DNA of 61,457 nt, filler included, from Bdellovibrionota bacterium (lineage in GTDB: Bacteria > Bdellovibrionota > Bdellovibrionia > Bdellovibrionales > JAEYZS01), in assembly GCA_963169515.1 (NCBI GenBank). It is 6 parts of 6 records of this genome, joined end to end, with 100 filler letters (N's around TTAATTAATTAA, not from the genome) between each part and the next. Parts side by side here need not be neighbours in the genome. Positions count along the whole stretch, not along the records: positions 42,866 to 53,401 come from CAUJEF010000151.1; positions 53,502 to 61,457 come from CAUJEF010000154.1; 4 more parts are not named here. One strand, 5' to 3'. The translations under genes and the position numbers were made by a program. The stretch's first letter is position 1; every line of letters begins with the position of its first letter. Positions 50,458 through 61,457 of this stretch are shown here, one piece after another. Under the pieces are notes generated by a model. It was not told the DNA's origin, ran no database searches, and saw only the letters and a program-made list of their open reading frames with translations.

Positions 50458-50865
50458 CTAGTATGCTTTGAAGAACAACGAAACTTTGGTGGGATATCCC
50501 TGCATGTCTGGTTCGTAGCATGTCACTGTTATGGTTCGATCTTGAATTATATCCATAAACTCATTGGCTTTATAACCAAATTTTTCAAATATGGCTTCCG
50601 GAATAATGCATTTTGCCGGCATTTTTATCTTTCTAAAAAGAAGACCTTTAGGATTAGCAAGTTCGTAATATCCTTCTATATGAATTTCGGTCTGTCGAAC
50701 ACCGCAACGGGTTGGGGACTGAGTATAGGCAAATAAACCGATATCTTCGACATAAAAATCATAGGGCGCAGCTTTTTTCATGTCCGCCATACGAAGCATA
50801 AACGTCACATTAGCACTGACGGTTATTGAAAACAAAAGGATGCTAAATACAAAAATGGTTTTCAT
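50458..50865 (-). CDS. Hypothetical secreted protein (likely start ATG 50865)
   Basis: MKTIFVFSILLFSITVSA signal peptide; GAGGA RBS. Confidence 0.68.
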   Translation of the reverse strand: MKTIFVFSILLFSITVSANVTFMLRMADMKKAAPYDFYVEDIGLFAYTQSPTRCGVRQTEIHIEGYYELANPKGLLFRKIKMPAKCIIPEAIFEKFGYKANEFMDIIQDRTITVTCYEPDMQGYPTKVSLFFKAY

Positions 50866-50886
50866 AAAATCCTCTGACAACAATAT

Positions 50887-50902
50887 AGCAACAATTGTAC
50901 CA
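50887..50902 (-). promoter_or_regulatory. Putative sigma54 promoter
   Basis: TGGTACAATTGTTGCT (GG-N10-GC). Confidence 0.6.
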
Positions 50903-50932
50903 GTAATTGAATTTTAATATGGGGTAAACCAT

Positions 50933-50948
50933 AGGCATCGTCATTGCA
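50933..50948 (+). promoter_or_regulatory. Putative sigma54 promoter
   Basis: AGGCATCGTCATTGCA (GG-N10-GC). Confidence 0.6.
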
Positions 50949-50992
50949 ATTTTGCTTAAATGTTAAGTTATTGATTTTTTAAATGCAGGAGA

Positions 50993-52714
50993 ATGCATAT
51001 GGCAAATAATACAAAGCTCATTTTTGTAATGTGTATAACAATTTTTGTCGTCACATTAGCAGGCTGCGGTAAGTCCAAAAAGGGCGGACAAGCACAAAAC
51101 CAGTACGATCGCACATGGCAGTATAACCAGCACAACCCTAACGGACAAGTCTGGGGTAACAATGTCGGTTGTAATGTCCCACCAGGACTTCGCACCCAAG
51201 CCGAACGATGCGAGTACGTTCGAAGTTCTCCGAGTTTGAACAACTGCAATAGTATCATACGAAATCAAATGGTTTCTCGAGAATGTAATGTAGGGAATAC
51301 TGGTTTTGTAGTGGGTAATGTGGGCATCTCTGGTGGAGCCTCTATTATATGGGGTGGAAGTCGCCAAAGTCGCCGCGATCATGATGATGGTAATAGTAAT
51401 CGTCGCCGCAGACATCATGAACCTACAACAGACGGAAATATCCTAACCAAAGAAGAAACTCATGCTGTTATTATGGACATCGGACTTTGCGACCCAACAA
51501 AACCAGTGCCTGTAAAATATGTAACTCGCGAACAAGTTCGTGAAGTCATCAGCAGTGGCTATACATCAACTGTGACTTGTACCAAAGCAGATATTAAAAA
51601 ATTAGGTGAAGTTGAAGAAGGAACATTGGCTGCAGTTACGCTTATGTTAGAAAGTCTTCGAGAAATCGAATACAAAGACATTATAGCTGCATGCCGCTGC
51701 TACATCGCAGAGGTTCGCTGTGAAACTTTGGATCAAACTGATGGCAAACTAACTGTCGGGCCAGTTAAAAGTTGCAAGGGTGAAGCTTTAGAAGATCGAA
51801 TTCGAAATTGTGCCGACGACTGGTTTTACCGCAAACGTGGCGTTGTCTCACCAACTGTTCCTGGCTGCATAATAACTGTAGACGGCGCAACACAAGTAAG
51901 AACAGGAAACTGCAATGACGCGCCAACGGCCTCAGCACCTGCGCCGACACAGACGTCATCTGCACCCGTCGCTACTGTGCAAGTGCCTCCACCAGCTCCG
52001 TATGATCCGGATGCATCTGATGTTATCGAGCCAGAAAATCAATGTTATGCTATGAAAGCATATAGAACTACATTGCCGGCAGATACCCAATCGGTAGGTA
52101 CCGTGGATTACCGCAAGCTTTCAAATTTAGAAAACCGCTTGATCGACCTACGTAGCAAAATGCCAAACGGCCACATGGTAATTACAAGAACCAATTTGGA
52201 AATTGGCGTTGAAGATTCCAACGTACCAGCGTCCGCCGATTTGAAGCGTGCCATTGTTGACCAAATATTTGGAAATACAGCAACTTGCAAAGATGTTTCT
52301 ATCCAAGAAAGTGAATGTCCTTTAAAATCAGTGGAACAGGGCACGGGCAATAAAATTGTGCTTAACGGCTCTGATGCTGTAATTCGAGATACGTTTAAAG
52401 ATACAGGATTTTTATTGACGTATTTAAACTATGACGGTCAAACAAACATTGAATTTGTTAACGATAAGGAATTTGTTGTTACAACTGCGTTTCGAGTCTA
52501 CTTTGATCCAAACAAAGGTACGTTTGGATTTAAATCGGGCCCAGGAATTCTGCGTAACCGAGTTCGAATCACCGAGCGAATTGTTTTCACGAACACTCCT
52601 AATAAAGTAAAAGTTAAAGCAGATCCAAACCTTATTCGCCTTCTTAAAGAAACTGGTATGGAACGTCTAAATCCAGAAAGCCAATGTGCTGCAAAGCTTG
52701 GCAATAAAGACTAA
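50993..52714 (+). CDS. Large Cys-rich hypothetical lipoprotein (start may be ATG 50999)
   Basis: Lipobox LAGC; Asn/Gln/Gly-rich N-terminus, many Cys, Pro/Thr/Ala linker. Confidence 0.75.
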   Translation: MHMANNTKLIFVMCITIFVVTLAGCGKSKKGGQAQNQYDRTWQYNQHNPNGQVWGNNVGCNVPPGLRTQAERCEYVRSSPSLNNCNSIIRNQMVSRECNVGNTGFVVGNVGISGGASIIWGGSRQSRRDHDDGNSNRRRRHHEPTTDGNILTKEETHAVIMDIGLCDPTKPVPVKYVTREQVREVISSGYTSTVTCTKADIKKLGEVEEGTLAAVTLMLESLREIEYKDIIAACRCYIAEVRCETLDQTDGKLTVGPVKSCKGEALEDRIRNCADDWFYRKRGVVSPTVPGCIITVDGATQVRTGNCNDAPTASAPAPTQTSSAPVATVQVPPPAPYDPDASDVIEPENQCYAMKAYRTTLPADTQSVGTVDYRKLSNLENRLIDLRSKMPNGHMVITRTNLEIGVEDSNVPASADLKRAIVDQIFGNTATCKDVSIQESECPLKSVEQGTGNKIVLNGSDAVIRDTFKDTGFLLTYLNYDGQTNIEFVNDKEFVVTTAFRVYFDPNKGTFGFKSGPGILRNRVRITERIVFTNTPNKVKVKADPNLIRLLKETGMERLNPESQCAAKLGNKD

Positions 52715-52737
52715 TTCCGATTAGCATATCTGCATCG

Positions 52738-52768
52738 AAAAGCCCCGTTCACAGATGGGGCTTTTTTT
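52738..52768. terminator. Bidirectional intrinsic terminator
   Basis: AAAAGCCCCGT-TCACAG-ATGGGGCTTTT between convergent genes. Confidence 0.82.
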
Positions 52769-53401
52769 ATAACAATTTTGAGCTTATCTTTAATCTAGAT
52801 TCTAAAAATTGAAGAGATCGAATCCCGAACCAACTGAAACACTCGCCGTTAACGATAGCACTATTGAAATTCAATCTCGCTATTTCCTCTTTTTTCTTTA
52901 AAAACGGGTAGGGTTCCGAAGAAAACAGCAACAGCGAGCTCTGTTGGTTGATGTCTTCGATTTCAAATGTGGGATATCTGAAATCGGATTCAGGCAAGTA
53001 CTTCCCTAAACCCAATTTTGAAAGCACTGACCCCACAAAAGTATCTCTAGAAATGTACATCCACGGATTTTGCCAAATGATGTAATAGACATTATGAATA
53101 TCAGACATGATCTCAGGCTTTTTAATCCACTCCAATACCCCGGGAATATCGTCAACAGACTTCAAACCATCTGAGAGGTCGGGAGTATTGGCAATCGTAT
53201 GCCACCTGTTGCCCAACGCATTTAGAGCTTCATTTTGGAATTCCTTTGCAAGTTTTCTACATTCATTTGGCACATCGGAAATAGACGTTACGCGGGTGCT
53301 TAAATAGGGGAGTTGGGATTCTTCAGCCATTTCTATTGGATTTTCTTCTTGATCCAGTAACAGCACAGACGCCGATAATTCAAACACCTTATCCCAATCA
53401 A
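52767..53401 (-). CDS. Helical-backbone metal receptor (BtuF-like); 5' end truncated
   Basis: EENP, YIIWQNPWM, LFSSEPYPF, GECFSWFG. Confidence 0.78.
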
Positions 53402-53501
53402 NNNNNNNNNNNNNNNNNNNNNNNNNNNNNNNNNNNNNNNNNNNNTTAATTAATTAANNNNNNNNNNNNNNNNNNNNNNNNNNNNNNNNNNNNNNNNNNN
53501 N
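53402..53501. other. Artificial contig linker
   Basis: N-run + TTAATTAATTAA + N-run. Confidence 0.97.
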
Positions 53502-53787
53502 GTAAAGAGAAAAGAGGCTTGCCACCAATATTCAATGCCCAACTTACCGAGTGGGTCCACCATTGCATGCCCAAGCCAAACGCACAGCCTATGAGACCTG
53601 AGATAAATGTAAACCAGGGAATAAAAGACGGCTTCAGCCCCATTGCTGCATCCATTCCATGAATTGGAAACGGAGTAAGCGTGTCAAAGTTTCTATATCC
53701 TGCCGCATATGTTTTCTTCGCTGCCGCCAAAAGAGCATCGTCATCTTTAAAGAAACCCACTATTCCAGAAACTGTTTTCTTTGCCAT
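53502..53787 (-). CDS. actD: Alternative complex III subunit ActD (DUF3341); truncated
   Basis: TPFPIHGMD, NIGGKP; follows actC. Confidence 0.88.
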
Positions 53788-55147
53788 TAATGACCTCCGT
53801 GATGGTTCTTCTCTTTGCCAACTTTGAGCATGGGCTTAACTTCGCTCATCGCTACCATTGGCAGTACTCGAATAAAGATCAAAAACAACGTAAAGAACAT
53901 ACCGAAACTACCAATCAGGAGGCCAAAATCATACAATGTCATTTTAAATGGGCCCCAGTTTGCTGGCAAAAAATCTCGGTGTAGCGACGTTACTGTAATA
54001 ACAAAGCGTTCAAACCACATACCAATATTTACAAAAATCGAAACAACAAACATGATTGGAATGCTTCGACGAGCTGCTTTAAACCAAAATACTTGTGGGA
54101 TAATCACGTTACAGGTCGCCATAATCCAATAAGACCACCACATCGGGCCAAAGGCTCTGTTTATGAACGCATATTTTTCGTATTCAACGCCAGAGTACCA
54201 AGCAATGAAAAATTCAGATGCATAGGCATATCCAACCATCATACCGGTCGTCATAATGATCTTATTCATGACCTCCAGATGGTTCACAGTGACGTAGTGT
54301 TTCATGTGGGGAAATGCAATTCGAATCAATACCATCAACGTCACCACCATGGCAAAACCGGAGAAGATCGCGCCTGCAACGAAGTAGGGCGGGAAAATCG
54401 TCGTGTGCCAACCCGGCAACATAGAAACGGCAAAGTCAAAAGACACAATTGAGTGGACCGACAACACAAGCGGGGTTGCAAGGCCCGCCAAAATCAGATA
54501 GGCAGACTCATAGTGCTGCCAATCACGATTGGTCCCCCGCCATCCTAAAGACATCACCCCATAGATCAACTTACGAACTTTATTTTTAGCGCGGTCGCGA
54601 ATAGTCGCAATGTCAGGGACCATTCCGACATACCAAAACACAAGAGATACTGTTAAGTAAGTCGAAACTGCAAATACGTCCCACAACAATGGCGACCTAA
54701 AATTCACCCACAGTGGACCCCGCTGGTTTGGATAAGGGATCAACCAAAATGCAAGCCAAGGGCGGCCGGTATGAATTAATGGAAATAAACCCGCAACCAT
54801 CACCGCAAAAATTGTCATTGCCTCAGCAGCTCGATTAATGCCCGTTCGCCATTTTTGCCTAAATAGAAAAAGAATCGCCGAAATCAGCGTTCCGGCGTGT
54901 CCGATACCAACCCAAAATACAAACGTGATAATGTCTGTACCCCAACCAATCGGATGACTTACGGCTTGCAACCCCATACCGACGGCACAAATAATAAAGA
55001 TCGTGATCAGGTGGATAAGAAATCCGCCCTTTGCCACGAAAAATATTTTCCACCACCCTGTTCCTGGTTTTGTTTCAACCACGGAGCAGATGTCGTTTGA
55101 TATGTCTTGATATGTTTTATTTCCCGTAACTAGAGGCTCACGCTGAA

Positions 55148-55151
<4 letters not shown>
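53787..55151 (-). CDS. actC: Alternative complex III quinol-oxidising subunit ActC (NrfD family)
   Basis: [37 protein letters not shown]. Confidence 0.93.
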
Positions 55152-58204
<3,053 letters not shown>

Positions 58205-58215
58205 CTCGTTCTCCG

Positions 58216-58740
58216 TTAGTAGTGACAGGTGTCGCAGCTTGTTGGCGCGTTGTTTTCAGGTCGACGATGACATTCAATACACCAGCCCATGCTTAAAGAT
58301 TCCTTTTGATAATATGTTTGCATTTGCTCAACGGCGCCATGGCATGTGTCGCACTGAACCCCTTTGGCTAAGTGACGTTTGTGGTTGAAGCGCACATAAT
58401 CCGGCAACATATTCACCTTTACCCAGGGAATACTTTCTCCGCGATCATGGGCTTTTGTGATTTTTTGGATCCATGGGCTATCCGTTTTGACCGATTTATG
58501 ACAGTTCATGCAAATATTTAACGAAGGGACCGTAGCATGCCGCGAAGATTCCGCATTCGAATGACAGTATTGACATGGAATCTTGTAGGTTCCGGCATGC
58601 AATGAGTGATCGTAGGGTATCGGTTGTTCAGGAGCGTAACCGTTGTTGTAGCCCGTGGGTGTGCTGAAAAACGCAAAAGCCGCACCAACTATTAAAATGG
58701 TGGTGACGGCTAAACCCAGCTTCACAAGATGATTATTCAC
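58216..58740 (-). CDS. actA: Alternative complex III pentahaem cytochrome c ActA
   Basis: Five CxxCH motifs, N-terminal TM, PEQPIPYDH. Confidence 0.92.
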   Translation of the reverse strand: MNNHLVKLGLAVTTILIVGAAFAFFSTPTGYNNGYAPEQPIPYDHSLHAGTYKIPCQYCHSNAESSRHATVPSLNICMNCHKSVKTDSPWIQKITKAHDRGESIPWVKVNMLPDYVRFNHKRHLAKGVQCDTCHGAVEQMQTYYQKESLSMGWCIECHRRPENNAPTSCDTCHY

Positions 58741-58925
58741 GAGTGCCTCACTTTACGATTTTTAGATTTCTTAATAAATGACAGCGAATTGAGAAACTTG
58801 TCACGAATAAATAAATGAATATAGACCTTTGAAGAACGCCGCGTCACTTGGTACAAACCTTGAAATTGGCGAAAGTAAAATCATGCGTTTAATAAAAGTT
58901 CGCCAGAGACACAACCAGAGGCACA

Positions 58926-59804
58926 ATGAATCGAACTTATGTTGCGGTGTCGGAACTTATTTTTGCAGGAGCTATCTGGGGTTTCGGATTTATCGCAACG
59001 ATTTGGGCACTGGAATCCTATTCTGCGGTTGCAATGACACTTATTCGTTTCATTCTTGCAACACTTATCGGCCTTTTGATTACTTTAACAGTACCCAGTT
59101 GGCGGAAAAGTCTAAATAAGCAGCACGGCTTAGCTGCGTTATGGCCGGGGCTTTTACTTGGCTGCCTTATGATTTTTCAAACGTGGGGACTGGTCTATAC
59201 GACGGCCACCAACAGCGGGTTTATTACGACCCTCTATGTCGTTCTTGTTCCAATTTATCAAGTCGCATTTTTAAGAAAAAAATTACATCCGCTTCATACA
59301 GTTATTGTACTTCTGGGGTTGCTCGGGACGGCCCTCATTATGAGGCTAGAATTTACTGAGTTCAACACAGGCGATCTACTCACATTTATATGTTCTAATT
59401 TTGCAGCACTTCATATTATCCAAATCGATCGCGTTCAAAAAAAAGTGCAATCGCCATTTGTATTTAACGTGTTCCAGTCTTTTTGGGCTGGCCTTGTAGC
59501 ACTTATTGCGCTCCCATTTTCACCAGGCCCCTACATTTCAGAGCAGAAACCACTGGCTATTGGCGGCCTGTTCTTTCTTTTGCTTTTCTCCTCACTGATT
59601 GGCTTTTTCCTGCAGGTTCGCGCCCAGAAAGTTCTATCGCCGGCCCTTTCCAGCATATTGTTCCTGCTCGAAGCGCCGTTCGCTTTTATCTTTGCTGTTC
59701 TTATTTTGAACGAAAGTCTAATCCCGCTTCAATTGGCGGGAGCAATTTTGATTTTGATTGCTGCTGTAAGCGCCGTTCGGTTGGAAGCACCCAAGTCACG
59801 TTGA
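58926..59804 (+). CDS. DMT/EamA family transporter
   Basis: IWGFGF, TTATNSGFIT, GDLLT; about 10 TM. Confidence 0.9.
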   Translation: MNRTYVAVSELIFAGAIWGFGFIATIWALESYSAVAMTLIRFILATLIGLLITLTVPSWRKSLNKQHGLAALWPGLLLGCLMIFQTWGLVYTTATNSGFITTLYVVLVPIYQVAFLRKKLHPLHTVIVLLGLLGTALIMRLEFTEFNTGDLLTFICSNFAALHIIQIDRVQKKVQSPFVFNVFQSFWAGLVALIALPFSPGPYISEQKPLAIGGLFFLLLFSSLIGFFLQVRAQKVLSPALSSILFLLEAPFAFIFAVLILNESLIPLQLAGAILILIAAVSAVRLEAPKSR

Positions 59805-60350
59805 TGGAAAGTCAAACATCAGTGGGCAGTAATTTAAAACCATTTCTTGAACGATAGGATGAAACCAAAGAATATCTTGAACTGGATAAGGCAGCTTTCG
59901 GAATGAATCCGATATGATTTGCCCCGGCAATTTTTCATATCGAACTTCCATACCTTTTAATGGGTGGTCTATCAAAATATCTAAGATACCCGCCAAAAAC
60001 TGAGCCCATGCCAACTCGGAATCCCAATCGTGCATTCCCTTTATGGAAGGATCAGAAAACTCCGCAAATCGATCCACCATTTTGTATCGTTCGTCTTTGG
60101 TTATACCGTGGGCTTTAAATACGTCGATGATTTCCCGACGACGTAGTTGCTTTGCTATTTCTTTTTTTTCTGGGTCTTTAAATTGGTGATAGTCAAAATC
60201 ATAAGCGGTGTATTGATACAATTCACCCAGCATCGACTGATTATTGAGGGCATAGTAATCCAAAGAGTGATTTTGCCCATACCAGATCTTCGAATTACTG
60301 GATAAAGCAATCGAACTGAAAAACATAAGAATAAGAATTAGATTTTTCAT
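59796..60350 (-). CDS. Hypothetical secreted protein
   Basis: Signal peptide MKNLILILMFFSSIALS. Confidence 0.65.
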   Translation of the reverse strand: MKNLILILMFFSSIALSSNSKIWYGQNHSLDYYALNNQSMLGELYQYTAYDFDYHQFKDPEKKEIAKQLRRREIIDVFKAHGITKDERYKMVDRFAEFSDPSIKGMHDWDSELAWAQFLAGILDILIDHPLKGMEVRYEKLPGQIISDSFRKLPYPVQDILWFHPIVQEMVLNYCPLMFDFPST

Positions 60351-60353
60351 GAT

Positions 60354-60767
60354 TTAAATTTTGAATGTTCTCGACTTAGCTTTGACGCCATTTTTTTTGG
60401 CTGCCTTTTCGTCTGCTTTTGGTGGTTTACCGGCTTCTTGATCGAAAAGGTTTTGTGCCTGTTCACATTCGGGACGGAAGCCCTCGCTATTTACAAGCAC
60501 AACCTCGTCTTCTATGTTTGCTGCACAAATAACCCTACTATGGTTTAAAAAGAATTCTTCGCAGTTTTTTAAAACGTCCCGAACCTTCTGACCAATCACT
60601 TTAGAAATAACTTGGGGGTTCGTTTCGCTAACCATATATACAGAAAAATTATAAAACTCGATGGATTGGGTCAGCTTGTTATAGGAACTGATAAAATTTT
60701 CCGAGCAAGCCTGTGAATGACTAGCTTGGGGGGTCAGCGCCAGCACTGTCGCAAAAAGAAAACCCAT
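60354..60767 (-). CDS. Hypothetical secreted protein (likely start ATG 60767)
   Basis: GGGAG RBS, signal peptide, four Cys, basic tail. Confidence 0.65.
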   Translation of the reverse strand: MGFLFATVLALTPQASHSQACSENFISSYNKLTQSIEFYNFSVYMVSETNPQVISKVIGQKVRDVLKNCEEFFLNHSRVICAANIEDEVVLVNSEGFRPECEQAQNLFDQEAGKPPKADEKAAKKNGVKAKSRTFKI

Positions 60768-61364
60768 ATTTAAAACTCCCTGCTTTCTATACAACCAAAG
60801 CGAACTGAGGGAATTATAGTGATTGTTTTAGATCCTTGTTAAGAACATTCCTTGATGAATTCACGATGTATAGATTGCATGGAAGGGAAAGTTTGCGGTG
60901 CTTTAGCGGAAAACAGAAGAGTTTCGTTCAATATCTCTTTACCAAAGAATCATGAACCTTTAGAGCACCGGATTAGCCTTTCGACAATGCCCCAAGGGGC
61001 ATCACTCCCACCGCAGTATGTTCCTCCAAGTATGCTTCTGTGGTGCTTCTCTGCAATCGAAATCTATATGCCAAAAAACTGTTACTATTGCGCATTGAGT
61101 GTTGCAATTATTTTGAATGATCTATACCTTCGTTCGCATGCAAAAAGAACTTTTTAAAAAACAAGAGCTAGCTTATGGCGACTGCAACCTGGTTAGAACC
61201 TCAAATATCCCTTTTCAATCAATTCAACAACTTGCGACAAATCTGTCCACGATGTCTCCAAGTTCCTTAATGGTTGAAGGGGTTGGAAAAGGCCCTTTTA
61301 TGGCACCCAACTTGTAATAAATTTCATAATTGTCTATAGGATGGGAGTCATTTCCCCATAAGAA

Positions 61365-61380
61365 CGGTCTTAAAATTGCG
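61365..61380 (+). promoter_or_regulatory. Putative sigma54 promoter
   Basis: CGGTCTTAAAATTGCG (GG-N10-GC), about 50 nt upstream of ATG 61432. Confidence 0.45.
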
Positions 61381-61431
61381 ATAAAATCAGGGATCGATAA
61401 TAGGACAGAACATTAAAAGGTAGGGAACATT

Positions 61432-61457
61432 ATGAAAAAAGTTATATTTGGATTACT
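61432..61457 (+). CDS. Start of a probable exported protein (runs off window)
   Basis: AGGGA RBS; MKKVIFGL signal-like start. Confidence 0.45.

Noticed and set aside
13529..53501. Five identical TTAATTAATTAA elements flanked by Ns
   Set aside because: Artificial linkers with stops in all six frames; not a biological repeat. ORFs ending in XXX-LIN are artefacts.
58849..58864. TGGTACAAACCTTGAA upstream of the EamA gene
   Set aside because: The -12 element is GA, not GC; possible variant but not counted

Overview
About 40% GC bacterial draft-genome window. It is built from six contigs joined by artificial 100-nt N/TTAATTAATTAA/N linkers, so gene order across linkers means nothing. Gene content and order suggest a Bdellovibrionota-like (deltaproteobacterial-type) organism; this is an inference. 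Housekeeping blocks: lptE-holA, rpsT, murJ, mazG, 7TM-HD/ybeY, prfB (programmed +1 frameshift), lolC/D-bamA, purH, queC, bamB-like, fabI, mscL, IMPDH/GMPR, hemH, map-ahcY, orn, and an alternative complex III operon (actABCD). Most notable observations: (1) a 778-bp integrase-less islet at the 3' end of tRNA-Leu(TAA), bounded by 69-bp direct repeats and carrying only a BrnT/BrnA toxin-antitoxin pair plus arm-site-like repeats; (2) orphan exported lipoproteins preceded by sigma54-type -24/-12 motifs, twice as divergent pairs, one of which ends in a 32-aa tandem repeat carrying two TonB-box-like motifs; (3) a phosphorelay cluster with a DHp-REC protein lacking both sensor and ATP-binding domains, next to an Hpt gene. 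All family calls were made by eye from motifs, without database searches.
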